NCBI GenBank assembly: GCA_001801745.1
Contig: MGYM01000039.1
Coordinates: forward strand, 1 to 53,184
DNA: 53,184 nucleotides
DNA from: Gammaproteobacteria bacterium RIFCSPLOWO2_02_FULL_38_11
Lineage (GTDB): Bacteria; Pseudomonadota; Gammaproteobacteria; HIGHO2-12-38-15
Direction: 5' to 3'
A program made the translations under genes and the position numbers. Position 1 is the stretch's first letter. Each line of letters starts with the position of its first letter. Of the stretch, positions 17,437 to 26,305 are shown one piece after another. The notes below the pieces were generated by a model. The model did no database searches. It saw only the letters and a list, made by a program, of their open reading frames with translations, and had not been told where the DNA came from.

Positions 17437-18542
17437 TGAAAATTTTTTATTTGCCTGATTTAGGAGAAGGTTTAGCGGAAGCGGAAATTCGTGAATGGCA
17501 TGTAAAAGAAGGTGACACTGTTAAATTAGATCAAGCCTTAGTATCCATGGAAACAGCCAAAGCAGTGGTTGATGTTCCTGCGCCACGTACGGGGAAAATC
17601 ATCAAACTCTATGGACAGGCGGGAAATGTGATAGCCACTGGTTCGCCTTTAGTTGAATTTGAAGAGGAAGAACGAGCCTTACGCTCCGATGCGGGTACAG
17701 TTGCTGGAAAACTAGAAATAGGTGATAGTTTATTAAATCAAATTACGCCAGAAATAACCCCCTTGCATCGCCATACAGTCATAAAAATCTTGCCTGCGGC
17801 GCGTATATTGGCGTCTCGTCACAAATTAGATTTAGAAAAAATAAAAGGGACGGGAGGGGGAGGGCAGATCACCCTTAGCGATGTTGAAAATGCCATGAAA
17901 AAGCCTTTATTAGAGGGCATGATCCCCCTAAAAGGGCCGCAGAAAGTGATGGCACAGATCATGTCTCAATCTCACCAAGAAGTAGTAGCTGTTACGTTGG
18001 TTGACGACGTGGATATTCATGCTTGGCAAAAAGAAACCGACATTACTATTCGCATTATGAGAGGAATAATGCATGCTTGTAAGGAAGAGCCGGCTTTAAA
18101 TGCCTGGTTTGAGGGCCATCATTTAGCAAAAAAAACATTTCAAGAAGTTAACTTAGGCTTAGCGATCGATTCCAAAGAAGGATTATTCGTACCGGTAATT
18201 AAAGATCTTGAAAAATATTCTGATCATGATTTAAGAAAAAAAATTAATGAATTAAAGCAGCAAGCATCGGATCGTAGCTTACCAAAAGAAGTTCTACAGG
18301 GTGCAACATTCACCTTATCAAATTTTGGTGTTTTTGCAGGTCGTTATGCCAACCCTATTATTGTCCCTCCGCAAGTAGGTATTTTAGCAATAGGAAAATT
18401 ACGTGATGAAGTTGTTTTTTTTCAAAACCAGTTCGAGGTACATCGCGTTTTACCGCTTTCTTTAACATTTGATCATCGTGCAGTGACAGGGGGAGAGGCG
18501 GCGCGTTTTTTGAGAGCGTTGATTGAGGTATTAAAAAAGTAG
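17436..18542 (+). CDS. Dihydrolipoamide acyltransferase E2 subunit
   Basis: N-terminal lipoyl domain (LVSMETAKAVVDVPAP), a peripheral subunit-binding domain (PAARILASRHKLDL) and a C-terminal catalytic motif LSLTFDHRAVTGGEAARF. Confidence 0.9.
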   Translation: MKIFYLPDLGEGLAEAEIREWHVKEGDTVKLDQALVSMETAKAVVDVPAPRTGKIIKLYGQAGNVIATGSPLVEFEEEERALRSDAGTVAGKLEIGDSLLNQITPEITPLHRHTVIKILPAARILASRHKLDLEKIKGTGGGGQITLSDVENAMKKPLLEGMIPLKGPQKVMAQIMSQSHQEVVAVTLVDDVDIHAWQKETDITIRIMRGIMHACKEEPALNAWFEGHHLAKKTFQEVNLGLAIDSKEGLFVPVIKDLEKYSDHDLRKKINELKQQASDRSLPKEVLQGATFTLSNFGVFAGRYANPIIVPPQVGILAIGKLRDEVVFFQNQFEVHRVLPLSLTFDHRAVTGGEAARFLRALIEVLKK

Positions 18543-18562
18543 GGAATAAAGCTTGGGTTTAT

Positions 18563-18639
18563 TGGTGGGCCCACTAGGACTTGAACCTAGGACCAAGGGA
18601 TTATGAGTCCCCTGCTCTGACCAACTGAGCTATGGGCCC
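18563..18639 (-). tRNA. tRNA with CAU anticodon, elongator type; most likely tRNA-Ile2 (lysidine), alternatively tRNA-Met
   Basis: The reverse complement GGGCCCATAGCTCAGTTGGTCAGAGCAGGGGACTCATAATCCCTTGGTCCTAGGTTCAAGTCCTAGTGGGCCCACCA folds as a 77-nt cloverleaf with an encoded CCA. Position 1:72 is paired and there is an A31:U39 pair, so it is not an initiator tRNA. The anticodon arm and variable loop resemble E. coli ileX as I recall it. Confidence 0.9.
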
Positions 18640-18779
18640 GAATTGTAAGTATACCAGCCAGGCCATCCTGGCCTTAGATCGTTCTCTTAAGAAAGTGCCC
18701 CTGGGCGACATCCTGTCGCCCGTTTGACGCCTCGCCTCGCTCGCGTCAAACCCAACTGAGCTATGGGCCTGAATTGTAA
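18621..18779. repeat. 28-bp direct repeat (tRNA 5' end plus upstream flank) bracketing a 103-bp GC-rich multi-hairpin insert
   Basis: ccaactgagctatgggcc[c/t]gaattgtaa occurs at 18621-18648 and again at 18752-18779. The insert contains the hairpins ggcca-tcc-tggcc, gggcgaca-tcc-tgtcgccc and gtttgacgc-N12-gcgtcaaac. Confidence 0.7.
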
Positions 18780-18841
18780 AGGACTACGCTGAGTTTCATT
18801 TTTCTGTAATTTCGCTACGCTCATTACAGACTACATTATAG

Positions 18842-20761
18842 TTAAATGTTGTTATTGTCACTTTCGTCTGAATTCTCTTCTAAGAAACTTCGCAATAATT
18901 CCGCACGACTAGGATGACGCATTTTTCGTAAGGCTTTCGCTTCTATTTGTCGTATACGCTCGCGTGTGACATCAAATTGTTTGCCAACTTCTTCAAGCGT
19001 GTGATCAGTATTCATGTCAATACCAAAACGCATGCGTAATACCTTTGCTTCGCGGGGAGTTAAGCTTGTTAATACTTGCCTTGTCGCTTCTCGTAAGCCT
19101 TCGTTAATCGCAGAATCTAAAGGCGAAAATAAATTTGCATCTTCAATAAAATCACCTAGATGTGAGTCTTCATCGTCACCAATCGGTGTTTCCATCGAAA
19201 TAGGCTCTTTCGCTATTTTTAAAATTTTTCTTACTTTGTCTTCAAACATTTCCATTTTCAGAGCCAAAACTTCTGGCGTGGGTTCTTGTCCCGTTTCTTG
19301 TAAAATTTGTCGCGAGATACGGTTTAATTTGTTGATTGTTTCAATCATGTGTACAGGTATGCGAATAGTACGTGCTTGATCTGCAATGGAACGTGTGATC
19401 GCTTGACGTATCCACCAGGTGGCATAAGTTGAGAATTTATAACCCCGGCGATATTCAAATTTGTCTACCGCTTTCATTAGACCAATATTGCCTTCTTGAA
19501 TTAAATCAAGAAACTGTAATCCTCGATTTGTGTATTTTTTTGCGATGGAAATAACAAGCCGTAAATTAGCTTCGACCATTTCCTTCTTGGCACGTCTTGC
19601 TTTTGTTTCTCCAATAGAAATTTGACGATTGATTTCTTTAATTTCTTGAATCGATAGATTTGTTTTTTCTTCAATTGCTTGTAATTTCTTTTGGATTCGT
19701 ATGACTTCATCTTGATGTTCTTTTAAAGCAGGAGAAAACTCTTTTTTTAAATTAATTTGTGTTTTTACCCAATTTAAATTGGCCTCATTTTTTGGAAAGG
19801 AATCAATAAAGTGTTTACGAAGCATGTTGCAATCGTTAACACAAACATTCATGACACCTCGTTCACATTCGCGAACTTGATCTAACATACCTCTCATTTT
19901 TCTCATCAAACGATCAAATTGACGCGGGATGAGTTTGAATTCCATAAATAAGGTCGCTAGTTTTTCTCTTTGTTGTATCGCCTTTTTATTGTTTCGGCCA
20001 TGTTTTTTTTCTAACTTTAATGTGACTTCATATAAATCACGTAAAGCATCAAATTTTGTTTTTGCTAAAACAGGATCAGGGCCTCCTTCGGGATCTTCTT
20101 CTGTTGTACCTTCAGCATCTTCATCTGCAGTTTCAGGCAGGGCAACGACAACATCTTCTTCTTCCTTTGCTGCTTTAATCTCAAGCTCGGGAGGAAGATT
20201 TTCTGTTTCTTGGAAGGTTTCATCAAGGATAAATCCATTAATAAGATCGGAAAGGCGAAATTCTTCTGTTTTTGTTCGATCGTATTCATGTAAAATATCG
20301 GAAATATTTTCTGAATATTGGCAAAGCGCATTCATGACTTGCTTCATGCCTTCTTCAATACGCTTAGCAATGACAATTTCGCCTGCCCGCGTGAGTAATT
20401 CAACAGTGCCCATTTCTCGCATATACATGCGCACAGGATCATTACCACCACCAAACTCATCACTTGCCGCCGCCAGCACTACCGCCGCTGCTTGTTCTAC
20501 GACTTCTTCATCCGCTTCTTCTTCTGGGTGGCTGACTTCTTCGGAGAGGGGGAGGGTTTCTGCTTCGCTAGCAGATTCGTAAACGTTGATATTCATCTCA
20601 CGTAACATTTTAGCGATATCTTTTACAATATCTTTCATTTGTTCTGCGGGAATGTGAGGGGGAAGATGATCGCAAATATCGGCGTAAGTAAGATGACCTT
20701 GTTCTTTGCCGCTTGCAATCAATTGTTTTAGCTGTAGACGTTGACTTTCAATGTCGCTCAT
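18842..20761 (-). CDS. rpoD: RNA polymerase sigma factor RpoD (sigma70)
   Basis: Regions 1.1 to 4.2 are recognisable: an acidic spacer, region 2 [56 protein letters not shown], and region 4 [31 protein letters not shown] at 20761 is preferred over TTG at 20770. Confidence 0.95.
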   Translation of the reverse strand: MSDIESQRLQLKQLIASGKEQGHLTYADICDHLPPHIPAEQMKDIVKDIAKMLREMNINVYESASEAETLPLSEEVSHPEEEADEEVVEQAAAVVLAAASDEFGGGNDPVRMYMREMGTVELLTRAGEIVIAKRIEEGMKQVMNALCQYSENISDILHEYDRTKTEEFRLSDLINGFILDETFQETENLPPELEIKAAKEEEDVVVALPETADEDAEGTTEEDPEGGPDPVLAKTKFDALRDLYEVTLKLEKKHGRNNKKAIQQREKLATLFMEFKLIPRQFDRLMRKMRGMLDQVRECERGVMNVCVNDCNMLRKHFIDSFPKNEANLNWVKTQINLKKEFSPALKEHQDEVIRIQKKLQAIEEKTNLSIQEIKEINRQISIGETKARRAKKEMVEANLRLVISIAKKYTNRGLQFLDLIQEGNIGLMKAVDKFEYRRGYKFSTYATWWIRQAITRSIADQARTIRIPVHMIETINKLNRISRQILQETGQEPTPEVLALKMEMFEDKVRKILKIAKEPISMETPIGDDEDSHLGDFIEDANLFSPLDSAINEGLREATRQVLTSLTPREAKVLRMRFGIDMNTDHTLEEVGKQFDVTRERIRQIEAKALRKMRHPSRAELLRSFLEENSDESDNNNI

Positions 20762-20872
20762 AGGGAACAAAAGAGTAATAAAATCGTCCGGGTATTATAA
20801 TCAGATCTTTTTAAATTAGCTAATCTGATCACGTTTTATGACTAAACGAATTTTTTATTGGAGAAAGGTCAT

Positions 20873-20962
20873 ATGCCAAACGGACTTCAAGATGTGAACC
20901 CTCGCTGCAATCTGAGCATCATCCCTATTCGAGAAGCTCGCATCTTAAAATCCGTTTGGCAT
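20873..20962. repeat. 90-bp palindromic element with roughly 25-bp inverted termini (ATGCCAAACGGAYTTYAAGATGYGA)
   Basis: atgccaaacggacttcaagatgtga (20873-20897) pairs with tcgcatcttaaaatccgtttggcat (20938-20962). It lies in the 380-bp divergent rpoD/accD intergenic region and shares the core AAGATGCGA with the element at 37486-37670. Confidence 0.6.
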
Positions 20963-21150
20963 AGTGATTTACTTTATTTTAGTTTCCCTGTTCACATCAT
21001 CTAAATACGTTTAAATACGCTTTTTATGAATTCGACAGGCAATAAATCTTTGTTATACCTCTCTAATATTACTGTTTAGGACTATATTTACTGTTACAAT
21101 CTAAGATATTTATTATAGGGTTCAGTTAAAGCTTAAGGTGGGCTTAATAA

Positions 21151-22017
21151 ATGAGTTGGTTTAAAAAACTGCTTCCTTCGGTTATTCGCACGGAGGCTAT
21201 TCAAAAGAAAGAAATTCCTGAAGGGATCTGGGCTAAATGCGAAGAATGCCAATCTATTCTTTATCGTGCTGAATTAATTCGGAATTTAGAAGTATGCCCT
21301 AAATGCAATTACCATCATCGTATTTCTGCTAGAACACGTCTATCTCAATTCCTTGACCCCGATACTTCAAATGAAATAGCCGGAGAGATCACACCTGAAG
21401 ATAAATTAAAGTTTCGTGATAGCAAAAAATATAAAGATCGTCTTCTTGCGGCACAGAAGAAAACAAATGAAAAGGATGCTTTAGTTGTCTGTGAAGGCAC
21501 CTTAGATCAAACGCAAGTAGTCGTTGCGAGTTTTGAATTTGATTTTATGGGTGGCTCAATGGGGAGTGTGGTAGGAGAGCGCTTCACACAAGCAGTCAAT
21601 CAATCGCTTAGGCATTTTTGTCCTTTAATTTGTTTTTCTGCCAGTGGTGGTGCAAGGATGCAAGAGGCTTTATTTTCTTTAATGCAAATGGCAAAAACAA
21701 GTGCCGCGCTGGCGCGTTTATCTGAAGAGCGCTTACCTTATATTTCTGTTTTAACGGATCCCACAATGGGCGGTGTTTCTGCTAGTTTGGCGATGCTTGG
21801 CGATATTATTGTTGCAGAACCTAAAGCTCTAATTGGATTTGCAGGTCCTCGAGTGATTGAGCAAACGGTTCGTCAAACATTACCCGAAGGATTTCAGCGT
21901 AGTGAGTTTTTGTTTGACCATGGTGCTATCGATTTAATAATTGATCGGCGACATCTGCGAACCACTATTTCAAGATTACTAAAAAAAGTGATGCGAGTTC
22001 GATCGGGGCATGTTTAA
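21151..22017 (+). CDS. accD: Acetyl-CoA carboxylase carboxyltransferase beta subunit
   Basis: N-terminal zinc finger CEECQ..CPKCNYH and a carboxyltransferase core ([18 protein letters not shown]). Confidence 0.95.
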   Translation: MSWFKKLLPSVIRTEAIQKKEIPEGIWAKCEECQSILYRAELIRNLEVCPKCNYHHRISARTRLSQFLDPDTSNEIAGEITPEDKLKFRDSKKYKDRLLAAQKKTNEKDALVVCEGTLDQTQVVVASFEFDFMGGSMGSVVGERFTQAVNQSLRHFCPLICFSASGGARMQEALFSLMQMAKTSAALARLSEERLPYISVLTDPTMGGVSASLAMLGDIIVAEPKALIGFAGPRVIEQTVRQTLPEGFQRSEFLFDHGAIDLIIDRRHLRTTISRLLKKVMRVRSGHV

Positions 22018-23272
22018 TTCTTTAGAATCTTGGTTACAGTTTCTCGAAAAATTACATTTTAAAAACATTGATCTTTCTTTAGAACGCATCCAACGTGTTG
22101 CCCACCAATTAGGAATTCGTTTACCTGGGTTTGTTATCACTGTAGGGGGGACAAACGGCAAGGGATCTTGTGTCGCATTACTAGAAAGTATTTTATTAAA
22201 CGCAGGATATACTGTTGGCGCTTATTTTTCCCCCCATCTTATCTCTTTTTGTGAGCGTGCCAGAATTAACGGAAGAGAGGTTTCTACAGAAATCTTTTGT
22301 GAAGCATTTTCTATAATAAATCAAGCGCGAAAAGATATTACGTTAACCTATTTCGAATTTACAACATTAGCCGTACTTTATTTATTTCAACAAGCGGCTC
22401 TAGAGTTTTTATTATTAGAAGTGGGAATGGGCGGACGTTATGACGCCGTAAATATTCTGGATCCTGATATCGCGTTGATTACTTCTATTTCTTTAGATCA
22501 TACAAATTATTTGGGATCAAACTGTAATTCAATCGCAAGAGAAAAAGCCGGTATTTTTAGAAGAAATCAAAAAGTCGTTTATGGTGATCCTGTGATCTGG
22601 CCTTCTTTATTAGAAGAAGTCAAAAGTTTAGAGTGTCAACTCTATTCTCAAAATAGAGATTTTTTTTATATGCAACATGAAAAGCATTGGGATTTTGTGG
22701 GAGGAAAAGAAAGAAAAAATTTGCCTTATCCCTCTATTGCTTTACAGAATGCTGCCAGTGTATTGCAAGCTATCTCATTGCTTTTGCCTTCCTATAGCAT
22801 TCCTAACAAAGCTGTGATACAAGGTTTAAAAAAAATAAATTTAAAAGGACGTTTTCAACGGATCCAACATAAATCCGTGCATTTTACTTTAGATGTGGCG
22901 CATAATCCTGCTTCTGCAATATTATTGGCAGAGAATTTTAAAAAAATAAAAAATAGTAAACGTCGATATGCCTTAGTGGGAATGTTAATTGATAAAGATC
23001 ATCAGGCCACGCTAGCCCCCCTTGTCCCTTTTATTGATGCATGGTGGGTAACTGCTTTGCCGGGTGAGCGAGGGGCTTCGGCTGAGCACCTAGGTCAGTG
23101 TTTGAAAAAAATCACAAAAACGCCTATTTTATTATTTTCTCAACTTAAACAAGCGTATGATAATTTGATTTGCCATCTAGAACCCACTGATGATGTGCTT
23201 GTTTTTGGTTCTTTTTTGACGGTTGGCGGGGTTTTAAAAATACTGGAAGAAGATCTCGAAGGGTTATTATAA
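22010..23272 (+). CDS. folC: Bifunctional folylpolyglutamate synthase / dihydrofolate synthase
   Basis: P-loop VGGTNGKGS plus the Mur-ligase family layout. Conserved accD-folC synteny. Confidence 0.9.
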   Translation: MFNSLESWLQFLEKLHFKNIDLSLERIQRVAHQLGIRLPGFVITVGGTNGKGSCVALLESILLNAGYTVGAYFSPHLISFCERARINGREVSTEIFCEAFSIINQARKDITLTYFEFTTLAVLYLFQQAALEFLLLEVGMGGRYDAVNILDPDIALITSISLDHTNYLGSNCNSIAREKAGIFRRNQKVVYGDPVIWPSLLEEVKSLECQLYSQNRDFFYMQHEKHWDFVGGKERKNLPYPSIALQNAASVLQAISLLLPSYSIPNKAVIQGLKKINLKGRFQRIQHKSVHFTLDVAHNPASAILLAENFKKIKNSKRRYALVGMLIDKDHQATLAPLVPFIDAWWVTALPGERGASAEHLGQCLKKITKTPILLFSQLKQAYDNLICHLEPTDDVLVFGSFLTVGGVLKILEEDLEGLL

Positions 23273-23274
23273 AG

Positions 23275-23772
23275 ATGTTATCTCGAAAACTATTTTGGAA
23301 TAGCAGTGTTATATTGGCGATAGGTTTTCTTTTCTTTATGTTTGGGGTAGATTTCAAGTTAATTAATCCTCGAATATTTATTGTATTGCCCAAAAAGCCA
23401 GATATCCCGAGCATACAGTTAAAGACGGTGGAGCCTAAAAAGATTCAAACAAATGAAGCGCAAGAAAAAGCGGTATTTAAAAAAATACCGGTTACTGTAA
23501 ATTCTCAAAAATTATTTCATGCTGAATCTAATGCGATTGCTTGGATTATTAAAATAAAAACAAACCAATCAGAAGCGATGAATTTGCTTAAAAAGCTCCG
23601 CCTAGAAGGTTTTACAGCATTTATGACGCCCTTAGAAGCTTCCCCTTCTCAGGATATTATTTTTCTTGGTCCCTATGTGCAAAAACAAGAAGCAGAACAA
23701 AACTTAAAAAAACTAGAAAATGCTTTCTCCTTTACGGGAGACATTGTAAGATTTGACCCGCTGAACTTTTAA
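23275..23772 (+). CDS. dedD: SPOR-domain cell division protein (DedD-like)
   Basis: N-terminal TM anchor and a C-terminal roughly 75-aa SPOR-like domain. It occupies the folC-dedD-cvpA position known from E. coli. Confidence 0.6.
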   Translation: MLSRKLFWNSSVILAIGFLFFMFGVDFKLINPRIFIVLPKKPDIPSIQLKTVEPKKIQTNEAQEKAVFKKIPVTVNSQKLFHAESNAIAWIIKIKTNQSEAMNLLKKLRLEGFTAFMTPLEASPSQDIIFLGPYVQKQEAEQNLKKLENAFSFTGDIVRFDPLNF

Positions 23773-23876
23773 AACAAGACTTAGATCGGGCAAGCGCGAG
23801 ATCTAAACTCTTAATCATATGATGAAATCTGGATTTCGCCGTGCTCAATCCAGACTATCAAAAGAGAGGGAACGAC

Positions 23877-24530
23877 ATGCTATTTACACAGTTTATATGG
23901 ACAGACTATCTCATTCTTTTCATTACCTTACTTTGTGCTATTTTTTGTTATAGGAAAGGATTTGTAGCCAGCACCTTAACTTATCTTTGTTGGATCGTAT
24001 CAATATTAGCTTCCTTCAGATTTGCTAATCCTGTTGGAAGTTTTTTCCAAAATATGATTCACAACGAATACGTACGCAATATAGTAGGTTTTTTTATTGT
24101 TTTTATTGTGTTTGCGCTTATCAGTGTATTACTTCTTTATTTATTTAATCATTTAATTGAAAAAGCCTTGTTGTACAAAACGGACAAAACGATCGGTGGA
24201 TTTTCTGGAATCATTGTCGGGATATTTCTTATTTCTGCCTTATTATTAATAGGGCGTTATAGCGGTATGCATAAACAAACTTTCTGGACGAAGTCTTATT
24301 TGATACCTTATCTTCAACCTTTTGAAGATATCATCAATGATGTATTGCCCATTCCAGCATCAATTAAAGCGCAGGAAGATGTGATACCTGAAGATATTGA
24401 TGAGAAAATCCAAAAAAACATAATAAATCCGGCTGAGGAAAAAATGGAAGAAAGTGTGCATGCTACTCAAGAAGCTGTCACTCAAAAAGTTGATGACACG
24501 AAAGAGCAAATTCAGACGTCAATAGAGTGA
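23877..24530 (+). CDS. cvpA: CvpA-family membrane protein (colicin V production protein) with an acidic C-terminal extension
   Basis: Collinear with E. coli CvpA (WTDYLILFITLL..RKGF..). ATG at 23877 follows agagaggg. About 60 extra acidic residues at the C-terminus. Confidence 0.8.
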   Translation: MLFTQFIWTDYLILFITLLCAIFCYRKGFVASTLTYLCWIVSILASFRFANPVGSFFQNMIHNEYVRNIVGFFIVFIVFALISVLLLYLFNHLIEKALLYKTDKTIGGFSGIIVGIFLISALLLIGRYSGMHKQTFWTKSYLIPYLQPFEDIINDVLPIPASIKAQEDVIPEDIDEKIQKNIINPAEEKMEESVHATQEAVTQKVDDTKEQIQTSIE

Positions 24531-24549
24531 ATTCAAGAGGATTAACTTG

Positions 24550-24807
24550 ATGGATATAAAAGATGGTACGCATTGGCGTGACTCTGCACGTAGTCCTCGA
24601 TTTTTTATGATTGATGCACGTGCAGCATTTCCACTGGTTTTTTTCTTATTGGCGATTCACTGGTGGACATTTTTTTTTGCGATCGGCACCATGATTTTTT
24701 TTGCTTTACTTTCTCGCTATGGTTTTACTGTTCCTGTTTTTTGGCGTTGGCTCCAGTCCTTTTTAGCAGGGCCACATCGTGTTGCGCGTGAATGGTGGAA
24801 GTCTTAA
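24550..24807 (+). CDS. icmT: Dot/Icm type IVB secretion protein IcmT
   Basis: 85 aa. The pattern HWRDSARSPRFFMIDARAAFPL, then a TM segment, then GFTVPVFWRWL..GP matches IcmT/TraK-like proteins. Located with icmS/Q/P/O. Confidence 0.85.
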   Translation: MDIKDGTHWRDSARSPRFFMIDARAAFPLVFFLLAIHWWTFFFAIGTMIFFALLSRYGFTVPVFWRWLQSFLAGPHRVAREWWKS

Positions 24808-24950
24808 TGGCGCCTTTAAAAATTAAAGTTATGAGCGAGAAAGGTAGAAAAAACAGACGAAAAAGCGGAGTTTATAAATAATAAATGAGCATTTTGAGGA
24901 GGTTTTTTCATACTTTATCGCCATGAATTTAATTTTTAGAGGTGCCACTA
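24803..24950. mobile_element. MITE-like palindromic element, copy 3, inserted between icmT and icmS
   Basis: The left end cttaatggcgcctttaaaaattaaa pairs with the right end tttaatttttagaggtgccactaa. An internal taaatgagcatttt block is shared with copy 1. The left end contains the icmT stop codon, and the right end supplies AGAGGTG 8 nt before the icmS ATG. Confidence 0.5.
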
Positions 24951-25289
24951 ATGGATATCAGTAATCAATTATGTCTTATTACAAAAGCGCTGAAAGTTAC
25001 GTTTACTTTGAATCAACGTGTGATTCCACCTGAGGAAATTTTTTTAGATACCGGATTATTGCCTGCTATTGCAAGAAGGGCAGATCAGCTTGCTTCTCTT
25101 TGTTTAGGTTATGGCTTAGGTGTTTCTTTTTCTGAGGCTGAAAATGCTTTGCTGGGGGTTCGGGTTGTTTTTGATGAAGTTACCCCTAATCTACTTCGTT
25201 ATTTATGTATTCTTGACGTTATACAAGAATTAATTTATGCCTCAGGTAATCCTGCCTCCGTGTCACTAGATGAACTTATGTATGATTAG
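24951..25289 (+). CDS. icmS: Dot/Icm adaptor/chaperone IcmS
   Basis: The core TGLLPAIARRADQLASLCLGYGLG...ALLGVRVVFDEVTPNLLRYLC...LDELMYD closely matches L. pneumophila IcmS as I recall it. ATG at 24951 is preferred over GTG at 24942. Confidence 0.85.
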   Translation: MDISNQLCLITKALKVTFTLNQRVIPPEEIFLDTGLLPAIARRADQLASLCLGYGLGVSFSEAENALLGVRVVFDEVTPNLLRYLCILDVIQELIYASGNPASVSLDELMYD

Positions 25290-25333
25290 GGTTTTTATAG
25301 GGTTTAGACCGTTGTTTTTTGCATAAATTCTAT

Positions 25334-25353
25334 TTTAATATTTCCTTAATAAA
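25334..25353 (+). promoter_or_regulatory. PmrA-type tandem box (TTTAATATT-tc-CTTAATAAA; TTAA-N7-TTAA)
   Basis: It matches the published Legionella/Coxiella PmrA element cTTAATatT-N2-cTTAATatT at 15 of 18 positions, with an 11-bp repeat phase. A possible -10 (TAAACT, 25361-25366) follows. It lies about 50 nt upstream of the icmR-position gene. Confidence 0.45.
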
Positions 25354-25402
25354 AATAGACTAAACTAAAACATAAAGAGAGTTTTATTTGAAGGAATTAT
25401 AT

Positions 25403-25663
25403 ATGCATACAGATGATGCAATAAGAGAAGTAAAAGATTTGCTTTCTGAAGAGCTCAATCGACTTCAAACATTGGTAAGTTATAAAGAAAAAAACAGAAA
25501 ACACAAAGAAGAATATGACCCTGTACAGGATATGGGTGTTACGCACCAAATCGATGATGATAGAATTAATTTAGAGTTAATAAGAAAAGCTTTGGTAGAA
25601 GTTCAGCAATTAGAGCAAACACAAATAAACGATAAAAAACAAACGAGCGAAATAAAGAGATGA
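25403..25663 (+). CDS. Small acidic coiled-coil protein in the icmR position (candidate IcmQ chaperone, FIR-type)
   Basis: 86 aa from the ATG at 25403 (aagga SD). There is no similarity to L. pneumophila IcmR that I can see. It lies between icmS and icmQ, and its stop overlaps the icmQ start (ATGA). Confidence 0.5.
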   Translation: MHTDDAIREVKDLLSEELNRLQTLVSYKEKNRKHKEEYDPVQDMGVTHQIDDDRINLELIRKALVEVQQLEQTQINDKKQTSEIKR

Positions 25664-26244
25664 TGATGACACCCAAACAAGATGATTGCGCAACCAACAA
25701 TAAACTTATTTCTATCATGGATAATTTGATCCAAGAAGGGCATTGGGATAAAAGTTTATTTTTGAAAGCAACCGAAAAAGAAATTCGGAATCTTCGTGAT
25801 AAATTAAGTCAAGAATTAGTAACAAAAGAAAATGCAAGGAGTGAAGAAGAGGAAAAGGAATTAAGAAGTATTATTCCTGAGGGCAAACAAATTGTTTACG
25901 TCGGTCTTTATCAAACAGATGGACTTAAATTAACGCAGTGGGAAAATGCTTTGGAATTTTTGTTGGCCAGTAGTACTTCAAAACCTATTTACACTGATGA
26001 GACTTGTGTAAAAGATATGCTACTTAAAAAGGGAGCTACCTATAACAACGCTTATGCAGCCATGCTCATTGATAAAGACGATATTATTCCAGTGCCTGAA
26101 AAAATCGTCACCGATAAATTTGGTCACGAATTGTTAACCTTAAAAGAAGATGCTTTAAAAGTAAAAAACATAAGATATTTTGTTCATAAAACGGGTTGTT
26201 ATATTTTAGAAAAAAAACGTTTAATTAGAGAAAAAAATTCTTAA
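25660..26244 (+). CDS. icmQ: Dot/Icm protein IcmQ
   Basis: 194 aa (L. pneumophila IcmQ is about 191 aa). The N-terminal region LIQEGHWDKSLFLKATEKEIRNLRDKL resembles IcmQ (GPWDKSNFL...). Position is between the icmR-like gene and icmP. Confidence 0.75.
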   Translation: MMMTPKQDDCATNNKLISIMDNLIQEGHWDKSLFLKATEKEIRNLRDKLSQELVTKENARSEEEEKELRSIIPEGKQIVYVGLYQTDGLKLTQWENALEFLLASSTSKPIYTDETCVKDMLLKKGATYNNAYAAMLIDKDDIIPVPEKIVTDKFGHELLTLKEDALKVKNIRYFVHKTGCYILEKKRLIREKNS

Positions 26245-26305
26245 TTTTTCCCTCCTGTTATATACTTTATGAAATTTATCATTCTATTAAATATAGGAGC
26301 CATCT

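Noticed and set aside
18804-18829. Hairpin ctgtaat-N12-attacag just downstream of rpoD, considered as a rho-independent terminator
   Set aside because: On the rpoD (minus) strand the stem is followed by an A-run rather than a U-run. The stem is only 7 bp and AT-rich. This is not enough to call a terminator.
19929-20582. 217-aa Ser-rich ORF on the plus strand
   Set aside because: It lies entirely antisense to the confidently identified rpoD. Its Ser/Ala-rich composition is just the mirror of the acidic (GAA/GAT-rich) sigma70 spacer region. No start context supports it.
23781-23806. Hairpin ttagatc-N11-gatctaa after dedD as a terminator
   Set aside because: The stem is weak at 7 bp and no T-run follows. 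cvpA and icmT follow closely in the same orientation, so read-through is more plausible.
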